DNA from: an uncultured Solibacteraceae bacterium
GTDB lineage: Bacteria; Acidobacteriota; Terriglobia; Bryobacterales; Bryobacteraceae
Length of the DNA: 64,000 nt
Reading direction: 5' to 3'
Assembly: GCA_963853855.1 (NCBI GenBank)
Contig: CAWKYG010000039.1
Span: forward strand, 6,943-70,942
Part shown: positions 32,761 to 43,320 of the stretch, piece after piece
Numbering within the stretch: position 1 is the first letter of the stretch
Layout of the letters: every line of letters begins with the position of its first letter
Notes under the pieces: model-generated
The model's input: only the letters and a program-made list of their open reading frames with translations
What the model was told of the DNA's origin: nothing
The model's database searches: none
Translations under genes and position numbers: made by a program

Positions 32761-34209
32761 TTAGAATTCGTTCCAGAGGAACTGATTGTAGACTTCGTGG
32801 TGATACTGCACTTCCGGCGTTTTGACGAATGTGCCCAAAAGGCGGGCGCAGCGGTCGGCGGAAGCCTGTTTCAGATCGGCGTAGCGGCCCTTCACATCTT
32901 CGCCCAGCAGAGTCGTGGTCCATGCGGAATTCCGGAAATTGGCCAGCGCATCGTAGATGTTGTCGGGCAGGTAGCGCTCGGCCTGGCGGATGTTCTTGAT
33001 CTTGGCGATGTCGCCTTCCAAGCCGGTCTTAAACACCCCGAGCATCACCAGGTACGGATTGGCGTCCGGCGCCACGGAGCGGACCTCCACGCGCGCGCTG
33101 CGCTCGTTGCCGATGGGAATGCGGATCATCGAGCCGCGATCCACCGCCGAAGCCTTCAGTTGATTCGGCGCCTCGAAGTGCGGATCCAGACGGCGATACG
33201 CGTTGACGCTGGGGTTGAGCAGCAGGCACAGATCGTTGCCGGCCGTCAGGACGCGATCCACAAACTGCCAGGCGAATTTGCTCATCTTCTCTTCGCCCTT
33301 GGGATCCCAGAACAGGTTCTTGCCGTTCTTGCTGATGGAAACGTTGGTGTGCATGCCGCTGCCGTTAACGCCCACCACGGGCTTGGGCAGAAAGCTCGCC
33401 GTGAGGCCCATGCGATTGGCCACCTGCCGGCAGATCAGCTTGTACAACTGAATGTGGTCGGCGGCGGCGACCACCTCGGCATAGCTGTAATTGATCTCAA
33501 ACTGCGAGGGCGCCACTTCCGGATGGTCCTTTTCGTTCTGGAAGCCCATGGCGCGCTGCACTTCGGCCGTCGTGTCGATAAACAGGCGCAGCGGGTCGCC
33601 CGGCAGCGAATGATAATAGCCGCCCTTGTTTACGTACTCGAACTTCTGCGTTTCGTGGTAGCGGCGCTCGGCATCCGCACCGTTGAACAGGAAGCCTTCG
33701 ATTTCGTTGGCCGCGTTCAGCGTGTATCCGTTCTTTTCGTAGAGGCCGCCGGCGAAGCCCTTGAGCACGCCGCGAATATCGGCGGTGTAGGGAGTGCCAT
33801 CCTTATCGATCACTTCGCCGAAGATCAACACCTTGCCGGGGCCGAACACGTCGGCGGGAGCCCAGTAGAAAGCGCTCCAATCCATGTGCAGGCGCAGGTC
33901 GCTCTCCCGCTGTGCGGTAAACCCGCGAATGGATGATCCGTCGAAGGTGAGATTGTCCCAGCTCTTGACAAGAAATTTCTTATCGTAATCGAGCATGTGC
34001 AGACGGCCTTCCAGGTCGCTGAACATCACCGTCACGGCTTTGATGCGCTTCTCGTCGGTCAAATACTTGATGCGCTGTTCCTGGATGACATCCATGGGAA
34101 CGCGGTTGAGCCGCTGTTGCTTCGCTTCCAGGTTCAGGTCTTCGAGCTCGGCGTAAGAGAGGCGTAGAAAATCTTGCAGATCGTTCAAAAAATCCTCCTG
34201 GTTGAACAT
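32761..34209 (-). CDS. glnA: glutamine synthetase family protein
   Basis: 482-aa intact ORF with NGSGMHTN, NPSVNAYRRL, DRGSMIRIP and EVRSVAPDANPYL. Confidence 0.75.
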   Translation of the reverse strand: MFNQEDFLNDLQDFLRLSYAELEDLNLEAKQQRLNRVPMDVIQEQRIKYLTDEKRIKAVTVMFSDLEGRLHMLDYDKKFLVKSWDNLTFDGSSIRGFTAQRESDLRLHMDWSAFYWAPADVFGPGKVLIFGEVIDKDGTPYTADIRGVLKGFAGGLYEKNGYTLNAANEIEGFLFNGADAERRYHETQKFEYVNKGGYYHSLPGDPLRLFIDTTAEVQRAMGFQNEKDHPEVAPSQFEINYSYAEVVAAADHIQLYKLICRQVANRMGLTASFLPKPVVGVNGSGMHTNVSISKNGKNLFWDPKGEEKMSKFAWQFVDRVLTAGNDLCLLLNPSVNAYRRLDPHFEAPNQLKASAVDRGSMIRIPIGNERSARVEVRSVAPDANPYLVMLGVFKTGLEGDIAKIKNIRQAERYLPDNIYDALANFRNSAWTTTLLGEDVKGRYADLKQASADRCARLLGTFVKTPEVQYHHEVYNQFLWNEF

Positions 34210-34283
34210 TTAATTCTCCGCGACCCGGCGGGCGCAAGGCAATGCTTTCGCGATAGATTGTGTTTATGGGTGCGATCAGGAAA

Positions 34284-34930
34284 TTATTTCCTGCTCTTCG
34301 CCGAGCCACATCTCGTATGCCGCGCGCACCATCGCTACCCAGACAACCGCCACCGCGTAACCGCCCAGCACGTCGGTCGGATAATGGACTCCCAGGTAGA
34401 CGCGTGAAAACCCCAACCGCCAGGGTGACCGTCACCGCCGCCGTCCAGATCAGGATCTTGCGCCGGCGCGAGACCGCGCCAGCCGCGAGAATGGCGGCCA
34501 GCACCCCGTAAAAGCAGCAACTGCTGACCGTATGTCCGCTCGGAAAACTGTACGTCGCGGGTTGCGCCATTCCGAAAAACACCTGGGGGCGGGGCCGCTG
34601 GAATCCGAACTTGAGCGCCTGGTCGAAAAGCTGGGCGCCCAGCACCGTGATGGCGAGCAGCGCGGCCGCCCGCGGCCTGCCGGCGGCGTAGAGCCTCCAG
34701 ACCAGGATCGCCCCCAGCGGCAGCAGAATGGTCATGGACCCCAACTGGGTCACGGCGCTCATGGCCTCGGTAAAACCGGGCGTGGCCCATTTGTGAATGG
34801 TGCTGCGCACGGCCAGATCGAAGGCCAGGGTACGGCCCTGCACCACCGCATATGCCAGCACCGCGAAGAACAATGCCGCCAGAACGGCGACGGCGGACCC
34901 CGCGATCCATGCCCGATTTTTGCGTCGCAC
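34284..34930 (-). CDS. PAP2-family phosphatase (one frameshift near 34400; start uncertain)
   Basis: KFGFQRPRP and PSGH occur in ORF 33980..35014. The third motif, [17 protein letters not shown], is in another frame and ends at the stop at 34284-34286. Confidence 0.65.
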
Positions 34931-34985
34931 CTTTCTTAACAATACGGTGCCCGCCGCACTGTGACAAAATGGTTGCTTCCCCAAT

Positions 34986-37900
34986 ATGCGTTCGGCTCTC
35001 ATTGTCCTCTTCACGCTCGCCCTCGTCCTGCGAGCTCAAACGCCCCTCGGCACCGTAACGGGTCTGGCGGTGGATCCTTCCGGAGGCGCAGTCCCCGGGG
35101 TTTCCGTCACTCTCACCAGCGAGGAAACCGCTGTCAAGCGCACCACTTCCACCAACGGGGCAGGTCTGTACTCCTTCCCTAACCTTCCCCCCGGGACCTA
35201 CCGTCTGAACGCCGAAGCCAATGGCTTCCGGCCAGTGGAGACGCGCGCCTTTGCCGTGGAGGCCTTGCGCACCGTCCGGCAGGACCTGCCGCTGGAACTG
35301 TCCACTGCGAATTCCGCAGTCGTCGTGACCGAAGCCGCTTCACCAGTGATTCAGGTGGATACCCCGGCCATTGCCACCAACCTCGCCAGCCGCCAGATCA
35401 TCGAACTGCCCACTACCCTGCGCAGTGTCGCCAAGAATTCGGGCGATTCCGGACTCATCAGCGAGATCCTGCCGGAGACCGTGCCCGGTGTGGTGCAAGT
35501 GGGCGGCGGCGCCAAGTGGCTGACACCCGGAGGCACGGCCGGCGCGACCGACGTGAAGGTGGACGGTATCGAAACCAGGTTCGGCAATTTCGGCAGCCCG
35601 GACAACGTGTCGCAGCCATCCATGGAAGCCATCCAGGAGTTCACCGCCAACGTGCTTACCACGCGCGCGGAATTCGCGGGCATGGGCACTGTCACCACAG
35701 CCACCAAAAGCGGCACCAACGAATTCCACGGCGGCGTCTACGAGTACATGCATAACAGCGTCACCGACGCGCGCAACACTTTCGCCACTGCCCTGCCCTT
35801 CACCAATCTGCACAATTACGGCGGCACGCTGGGAGGAGCGGCGCAGAAGGATAAGACCTTTTTCTTCGTGGATTTCGACGGCACCCGCGGCGTTTCTGCG
35901 TACCTGTTTTCGCCCAATGTGCCGACCGTAGCCATGCGCAGCGGAGATTTCAGCGGCCAGGCCGCGCTCAAGAATCCATACACCGGATTCAATCCCTACA
36001 GCGGGAACGCCATCCTGCCGCAGTACCTTTCGCCGCAGGCTACACAGGTACAGCAGATCTTCTTCCCGTTGCCGAACTTTGGACCGCCGAGCCTTACCGC
36101 GGCCAACTACCGCGCATCGTTCGATGGACCCGAGGTGCATCGCACCGAAGAGTTCCGCGTGGATCACAACTTCACCGCCAACCACATGGCCTTCGTGCGT
36201 TACTCGAATCGCAAGGACGACTACCACATTCCCGGCGCGCGCTCTTCCCTTCCGCCCACCACCGTGGGCACCAGCGACAACATCCGCCGCGTGAATTTCT
36301 GGACCCTGGGCGATGTGCGCCAATCTGCGTCCCAGCGTGGTCAACGAATTTCGCGCCGGCGTAGTGATCCTGGTCTCGGCCAGCAGCGCGGATTTCACCG
36401 GCCAGAACCTGATGCAGCAGATCGGCATCGCCGGTCTGCCGGACCGCGGCGCCGTCCACAGCCTCCCGTTCTTCAGCGTCTCCGGCTTCACCAACAACAA
36501 CATCAACCTGCTGAGCCCGGTGAACGACGGGCACGCGCAGTTGGCCGACAACCTGAGTTGGGTCCACGGGCGTCACTCCATGAAATTCGGCGTGGAGGCC
36601 ATCGATTGGTTCGTCAACCGCTACATGCCTAACAACTCCGGCAATCCCATTTTCGGCAGTTACTCTTTCACCGGGGCATTCACCGGCAACGCCTATGCCG
36701 ACTTCCTGCTGGGACTGCCGGCCACCGCGACCCGTGAGGAGCCCTTCCCGGCGCAGTACAATCGCTCGCGCGACTGGTCCGGCTACGCCCAGGACGATTT
36801 CAAACTGACCGCCAGGCTGACTTTGATCTACGGCCTGCGGTACGAATACAACGGCCCGGCCTACGCCAACGGGGACAATATGTACTCCTTCGACCTGGCC
36901 ACCGGCAAGATCCTGGTGCCTTCGCAGACATCGATCCAGAAGTTCAGCGCGCTGTTCCCTGCGACGTACCCGGTGGAGACCGCCAATGCCGCAGGCGTGG
37001 GCCGCTCCCTGCGCCAGAGCGACAACAACAACTTCGCCCCGCGCTTCGGCTTCTCCTACCAGTTGGGCAAAGATGCGCGAACCGTACTCCGCGGCGGATG
37101 GGGCGTGTACTACAACCATTATTCGGAAAACGTACCGGGCGATCTGGCGGCCGGCCCATTTTCCGCCACCACCATCAACACCAACGTATTCACCAATGGC
37201 CAGCCGCTGTTCACGCTGGCCAACCCCTTCGCCGCCGCGGGCACTCCCGGAACGCTCTCGCTGCGCGCCGTGGCCCCCAATCTGCGCAACAGCCCGGTGC
37301 AACAATACACGCTTTCCCTGGAGCGCGAACTCACACGCGATCTGGGTGTGCGCGTGAGCTACATCGGCTCCCACGGATCGCAACTGGTGTATCGCCGCGA
37401 CGTGAATCAGCCGCTGGCATCCACCGTGGCATTCAACAACGCGCGCCGCCCGTATCCCATATTCGGCACCATCAACTATGCCGACAACGGCGCCAACATG
37501 TTATACAGCGGACTGCAAACCGCGGTGCAGCGCCGCTTCACTCACGGCCTGCTAATCAACTCCACCTGGACTTGGGCCAAGGAGATCAGCGACGCCGACG
37601 AGATCGACGATTTCGAACTGGGCTATACGATCGAAGATTCGTACAACCGGAGGCGCGACCGCGGCAACGTCTATTCCGTCCCGCGCCATCAGTGGATCAA
37701 CCAGGCGCTCTACGATCTGCCGCTCGGTAAGGGCCAGATTCTGGGCGGCTGGCAGGCCAACCTTCTGCTCAACCTGAGTACCGGCAACTGGTACACACCC
37801 GTACTCAGCGGTCCCGACCCCACCAATACGCGCCAGACTACGCTCCGCCCCGACCTGATCGCCTCCACCATCTCTATGCCGCGAACGTTGAACCAGTGGT

Positions 37901-38226
37901 TCAATCCGGCGGCGTTCGGGACACCGGCTAACGGCCTGTGGGGCAATGCCGGGCGCGGTATCATCGAGGGGCCGGGGTACATTCTGTTCAATTTTGGCCT
38001 GCAGAAAACGGTGCGTCTGGAAAAGTGGGGCGCCATCCAGTTCCTGGCGAATTTCCAGAACATCCTCAACCACGTGAACTACGGCGAACCCACCGGCGGC
38101 GGCAGCCCCCTGCAGAGCTTTGTAACGGTCAACAACAGTAATGCGGGAAAGATCACATCTACCGCCGTGTTTCCTCCCGCCGGCAGCCCCCGCACGGGCC
38201 AACTGGCGCTACGCTGGAGCTTCTAG
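34986..38226 (+). CDS. CarboxypepD_reg-type TonB-dependent receptor, third and more distant paralog (one frameshift near 36312)
   Basis: MRSALIVLFTLALVLRAQT..GLAVDPSGGAVPGVSVTL. The gene is split between ORFs 34986..36632 and 36313..38226 and ends ...GQLALRWSF. Confidence 0.8.
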
Positions 38227-38227
38227 C

Positions 38228-39588
38228 ATGATCACCTCGACCAACCCCGCCACCGGAGTCACGCTGCGAACGTTCGAAACGCTCGACAACGAACAACTGG
38301 AAGAGAAGCTGGCGCGGGCCAAGCGAGCGTACCAAAGCTATCGACGAACCTCATTCGCCGACCGCCGCCGCTGGCTCACCGCCGCTGCCGATATTCTGGA
38401 TTCCGAAAAAGACCGCCTGGGCCGCATCATGACCCAGGAGATGGGCAAGACTCTCGCCTCGGCGCGCGCCGAAGCGGCCAAATGCGCCACCGGTGCCGCT
38501 ACTACGTGGAGCACGGGGAGCGGCTCCTGGCCGATGAGCCCGTGGATGCCGGCGGCGGGCGCAGCTTCCTGCGCTACGAACCCATCGGGCCGGTGCTGGC
38601 CGTGATGCCGTGGAATTTTCCGTTGTGGCAGGTCTTCCGTTTCGCCGCGCCCGCGCTGATGGCCGGCAACGTGGGGCTGCTCAAGCACGCTTCCAACGTG
38701 CCGCAATGCGCGCTGGAAATCGAAGACGTGATTCGCCGGGCCGGATTTCCCGAGGACGTTTTCCAGACGCTGCTGATCGGCTCGTGGGAAGTCGCGCGCG
38801 TGATCGACGATCCGCGAGTGAAGGCGGTGTCCCTGACCGGCAGCGAACCGGCGGGCTCGCAGGTGGCCTGCCAGGCCGGCCGGCGTATCAAAAAGACCGT
38901 GCTCGAATTGGGCGGCAGCGATCCGTTCGTGGTGCTGCCTTCCGCCGATATCGCGCGTGCCGCGCAGGTCGCGGTGGACGCGCGCATCATCAATAACGGC
39001 CAGTCCTGCATCGCGGCCAAACGCTTCATCGTCCACCAGCGCATCGCCGCTGAGTTCGAAGAGCGCTTCGTGGCCGGCATCAAGGCGCTGCGCGTCGGCG
39101 ATCCGATGGATGAAGCCACGCAGGTGGGACCTCTGGCGACGCCTTCGATTCGCGAGGACCTCGACCGCCAGGTGCAGCAGAGTATCGAAATGGGCGCGCG
39201 CGTGCTCGCCGGGGGCAACAAGCTTCACCGCCCCGGCAACTTCTACGAGCCCACGGTGCTCGCCGATGCGCCGCCGGATTCTCCCGCATACCGCGAAGAG
39301 ATGTTCGGACCGGTCGCCGTGCTGTTGCGCGCCGAAGGGCTCGACCACGCCATCCAACTCGCCAACGACACCGAATTCGGCCTCGGCGCCAGCGCCTGGA
39401 CCAACGACCCGGAAGAACAGCAGCGCTGCATCGCCGAAATCGAAGCCGGCATGGTCTTCATCAACGGCATGGTGGCCTCCGACGCGCGCCTGCCCTTCGG
39501 AGGGACCAAACGCTCCGGCTACGGCCGGGAGCTGGCCACCTACGGCATCCGCGAATTCGTCAACGTAAAGACCGTCCGCGTCGCCTGA
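38228..39588 (+). CDS. NAD(P)-dependent aldehyde dehydrogenase (succinate-semialdehyde dehydrogenase-like), one frameshift near 38490
   Basis: ATG at 38228 (MITSTNPATG...) in ORF 38141..38605, then ORF 38482..39588 with VLELGGSDPF, NNGQSCIAAKR and EEMFGPV. Confidence 0.8.
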
Positions 39589-39631
39589 AAAAGGGGACAG
39601 ACGCATTTAAAAAAGGGGACAGACGCATTTA
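39588..39631 (+). repeat. 2 x 22-nt tandem repeat AAAAAGGGGACAGACGCATTTA
   Basis: Perfect copies at 39588-39609 and 39610-39631. Confidence 0.95.
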
Positions 39632-39675
39632 TTTGCGAGAGTTTTCCCGGCGCGCGGCGACTACTTTCTTCGCTT

Positions 39676-40401
39676 ATGCCTCGCCGTCCCCGTTTCATCG
39701 TGCCGGGCGTTGCCCATCACGTGACCCAGCGCGGGAACAACCGCCAGCCCGTATTTTTCAGCTCCGACGACCGCCTGCTCTACCTGCGATTGCTCTGTTA
39801 TCATGCCTCGCGCAACGGAGCGCACATTCTCGGATACTGCCTGATGACGAATCACGTCCACCTGATCGTCACCCCGGACCGCGAGCTTTCGCTGGCCCGC
39901 ACCTTTGGAGGGACCCACGCCGAGTATGCGCTGGCTTTGAATCAGGTCGCCAATCGCACGGGCCACGTCTGGCAGAATCGCTATTTTTCATGCCCTCTCG
40001 ACGACGCCCACCTGGAGCGCGCCCTGCTCTATGTCGATCTGAATCCGGTACGTGCGGGCCTCGCCGCGAGTGCCTGCGACTGGCCGTGGTCCAGCGCGCG
40101 GGTGCACAGTACCGAGGGCCTGACCGATCCCGTGCTGGATGCGGACTGGGCGGACCAGGCGGGCGGATGGGACTGCACCGACTGGCTCGCTCGCCTTTCG
40201 TCCAGCCAGATGGAGGACGAAGATGCGCCTCTGCGTCGCGCCACGTTGCGAGGCGAGCCCCTGGGTTCCGCTCAATTCGTGGCGGCACTGGAGCAGCGAG
40301 CCGGACGGCGCCTCAGGGTCTTCGCCCGGGGACGTCCGAGAAAGCCCACACCGCCGCCCATATCCAAGCTCCTACAGGAAGCGATGGTCGGCGACGGATA
40401 A
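39676..40401 (+). CDS. REP-associated tyrosine transposase-like (IS200/IS605 Y1 HUH family) protein
   Basis: 241 aa. FIVPGVAHHVTQRG, CLMTNHVHLIV (HUH) and GHVWQNRYFS (catalytic Tyr context). Confidence 0.8.
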   Translation: MPRRPRFIVPGVAHHVTQRGNNRQPVFFSSDDRLLYLRLLCYHASRNGAHILGYCLMTNHVHLIVTPDRELSLARTFGGTHAEYALALNQVANRTGHVWQNRYFSCPLDDAHLERALLYVDLNPVRAGLAASACDWPWSSARVHSTEGLTDPVLDADWADQAGGWDCTDWLARLSSSQMEDEDAPLRRATLRGEPLGSAQFVAALEQRAGRRLRVFARGRPRKPTPPPISKLLQEAMVGDG

Positions 40402-40417
40402 TCGGATCGGGCCCAAA

Positions 40418-40461
40418 TAAATGCGTCTGTCCCCTTTTTTAAATGCGTCTGTCCCCTTTTT
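40418..40461 (-). repeat. 2 x 22-nt tandem repeat, reverse complement of the left block
   Basis: TAAATGCGTCTGTCCCCTTTTT at 40418-40439 and 40440-40461. Confidence 0.95.
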
Positions 40462-40506
40462 GGGACAGGGCTCTCCTGTCGGCGGCGACGGCGCGCTGAG
40501 TTCGCC

Positions 40507-41223
40507 CTAACTGGCGGCCCGTGTTACGCCCTGATGCTGCTTGGCGCACGCATGCACGAAAGCACTCACCAGAGGACTCGGCGTCCCTTCATTCACCCGC
40601 ATCTCCGGCTGGAACAGTGTCGCTACGAAGAACGGATGACCGTCGAGCTCGAACGCCCGGATGTCGTGCTGGTCGTCTACCCCTGCCACCCAGAACTGCG
40701 ATCCCTCCAACAGTCGCTGGTACTTCGGATTCAATCCGAAGCTGCAGTGGTATTCCTCCACCGACTCCTTTGCGCCGTACGCCTTGCGCAGTATCGTGCC
40801 GTCCATGAAGCGCACCCTTCCACGCGCTCCCGCCATCGCCCTGTCGAGGGGCGAGATAAGCGGAATGCCGCATTTCGGATTGCTCTTCTGGTGGTCGGCT
40901 TCGGCCAGACCCAGTGCGTTCCGCGCAAACTCCACCAGCGCGTACTGGAATCCTGCCGAAGTGCCTAGAAAGGGAGTCCGCGTCACGCGCGCGTGACGAA
41001 TCGCCCGGATGGCCCCATCCGCATTGCGGTAAGGCATGCCTGGAACGCACCAGATTCCCTGGAATTGAGCTAATGAATCTCCCCGTCCTACGCTATCCGT
41101 GGCTACCCAGACAGATTCCACAGAATCGTCGGAGGCCGCGGCTAACGACCGGGAGATGGCGGTGTGAGCTTTCTGTTGCTCGTTATAATCACCGATGAGT
41201 GCAACTCGGATCGTGGAGTGCAT
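40507..41223 (-). CDS. stand-alone CTP-synthase-C-terminal-like class I glutamine amidotransferase domain protein with non-canonical active-site residues
   Basis: 238 aa. PFLGTSAGFQYALVEFARNALGL aligns with the PyrG block GICLGMQ...IEFARN. HPFFVATLFQPE aligns with HPWF...QFHPE. Confidence 0.6.
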   Translation of the reverse strand: MHSTIRVALIGDYNEQQKAHTAISRSLAAASDDSVESVWVATDSVGRGDSLAQFQGIWCVPGMPYRNADGAIRAIRHARVTRTPFLGTSAGFQYALVEFARNALGLAEADHQKSNPKCGIPLISPLDRAMAGARGRVRFMDGTILRKAYGAKESVEEYHCSFGLNPKYQRLLEGSQFWVAGVDDQHDIRAFELDGHPFFVATLFQPEMRVNEGTPSPLVSAFVHACAKQHQGVTRAAS

Positions 41224-41316
41224 GGCGGAATTTTGTCACGATCCGGGAAAAAACGTATCGGGAGATTTGTAAATATTGCGGAATTTTCCTCTACACCACT
41301 TGACAGTGGTTTTATT

Positions 41317-43296
41317 CTAATGGGGCAAAGGACCCAGCGAAGTCGCCAGCGCCAGCAGCGGAAAATAGTCCCGATACATCCCGTACGTCAGATAGAACAC
41401 ATTCGGAAAGCCGGTGCCGGTAGTCGCTTCCTCCGGCCAGGTGCCGTCCGGCCGCTGCCGGTCCAGCAGAAACTGGATGCCCCGCCGCACCTGGCTCGAA
41501 TCGCGATCGCCGGCTGCCAGCAGGCCCAGCACCGCCCAGGCGGTCTGCGAGGGGCAACTCGGCGCCGAAACGAAATGGTCGCGCTCGTAACTGGCGCAGC
41601 TCTCGCCCCAACCGCCGTCGGGATTCTGAATCGCTCGCAGCCAGCGCGCCGCCTTGCGCGACCGCATCGCTGCGTCTCGAGCGAGCCGGCTCGCCGCCAG
41701 GCCGCGCATCGCCAGGAACGAGCCGTAAATGTAATTCACGCCCCAGCGCCCGTACCAGCTCCCGTCCTTCTCCTGCGCCTGCAGCAGGTACGCGCACACC
41801 GCGCCGCACGGCCTCGTGACCCGCCATGCCGCGGCGGCACAGACACTCCACCACGCGGCCGGTGATGTCCGGGCAGGTCGGATCGAGCATGGCATTGTGA
41901 TCGGCAAAGGGCACCTCGTTGAGCACGGCCCAATTGTTGTCCACGTCGAAGGCCGCCCACCCGCCGTCTTCCGACTGCATGGCCAGCAGCCAGTGGATGG
42001 CGCGCCGCTCGGCGGCCGCCTGCGCCTGCGGGTTCGACGCCCTTGGCGTGCATCAGCGCCAGCAGCACCATGGCGGTATCGTCGATATCGGGGTAGAACT
42101 CGTTGGCGAATTCGAACGCCCAGCCGGAAGGCTCGGTATCGGGCCGCTTGACGCGACCAATCGCCCTTGCGGCGCACCTCTTTGCTGATCAGCCAGTCGG
42201 CCGCGCGCGTCATGCGCGCGTCGGCACCCACGCCGGCCTCGCCCAGCGCGAAGGCGCAGATGGCCGTGTCCCAAATGGGCGAAACGCACGGCTGGAACAT
42301 GAAGCGGTCTGTCCGTTTCGATGCAGCAGCGATTCGAAGTGGCGGATGGCTTCCACCAGGTCGGGATGGTCCTCGCGGATAATCCAGCGCGTCCAGCGCC
42401 ATGATGAAGTACATCATCGCCGGATAGATGGCGCCCAGGCCTTCGGTGTGGCGCGTGCGGTCCAGGATCCAGTGCTCCGCCTGCGCGGATGGCCGCCCCG
42501 CGGATGCGCTCCGAGCCGCGCTTTTCCCAGACTTTGAAGACGCGGTCGAGGTGGTGGAAGAGCAGCGAGAGGCCCTTGCGCCGCGGCAGCGCCAGGCTGA
42601 CGCCGGGCAGCAGCAGTTCGTCCAGGGTGAAGCCGGCCGGCGCGCGCCGGTTCGCTCCGCGCGCCTGCACGATGGAGAGCGGCACCAGAATGGAGCGCGT
42701 CCACGACGACATCTCGTAGAGCACGTTGCCGGGCAGCAGCGTGATTTCGGGCGGCACCGAGGGCACGTGCTTGCGCGGATACAGGCCGAACAGGCTGAGG
42801 TTGATCTTGACGTAGCTGTTGGCGGCCTGCAGGCCGCCCAGCGCCAGGATGCGCGCGCGCGCGCGCGCGCATGCGGGTCGCTTTCGGTCGCGATGCCCGC
42901 CAGTTTGAGCGCGCAGTAAGCTTTGACCGTGGCGCTGACATCGGCCGGTCCGCCCGCGATAGATATTGAACCCGCCGTCCGGCAACTGGCGCTCCAGAAT
43001 GGAGCGTGCGGCCTTCGCGATGCGCGCCCGCGTGGGCGGATTCCAACCGTGCGCCCTCGGGCTGGTGCAGCCAGAGCTGCAGCAGGATGTAGTCGGATTC
43101 GAGCGTGGTATCGGCCGTCAGTTCGCCGCACCAGAAGCCCTCCGCGGGTCTGCTGCGCCAGCAGCGCGTCGACACGCGCCGCGAACCGCGCGCGAATCAC
43201 TTCCGCGCGGTCCACGCGAGCCGCCCTGATCAATCTGGTGACGCGGGCCGAGCCGCGTGAACTCCGGTATATTCGAACGACATCTGTCGAACCCAT
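41317..43296 (-). pseudogene. shc: squalene-hopene cyclase, reading frame broken many times
   Basis: SHC blocks are scattered over the minus-strand ORFs 41317..43332, 41312..41980, 42053..42985 and 42414..43175. They include EGFWCGELTADTTLESDYILL, FQPCVSPIWDTAICAFAL, QSEDGGWAAFDVDNNW...PFADHNAMLDP, DGSWYGRWGVNYIYG and NPDGGWGES...SQTAWAVLGL...RPDGTWPE...GTGFPNVFYL. Confidence 0.8.
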
Positions 43297-43320
43297 ATGG
43301 TAACGCCGTAAACTGGAAAG

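Larger units (their letters stand above)
39588..40461 (+). mobile_element. RAYT/IS200-like Y1-transposase unit bounded by 44-nt inverted repeat blocks
   Basis: Left block 39588-39631 and right block 40418-40461 are exact reverse complements. A single tnpA-like gene lies inside. Confidence 0.75.

Noticed and set aside
39588-39631. Possible CRISPR array, because of the perfect 22-nt tandem repeats.
   Set aside because: There are only two directly abutting copies with no spacers. They are mirrored by an inverted pair 0.8 kb away around a transposase gene. No cas genes are present in the window.
40940-40970. Selenocysteine (TGA) at the nucleophile position of the CTP-synthase-like GATase.
   Set aside because: The ORF is uninterrupted and the codon is TCG (Ser). 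No in-frame TGA is present and I looked for no SECIS-like hairpin.
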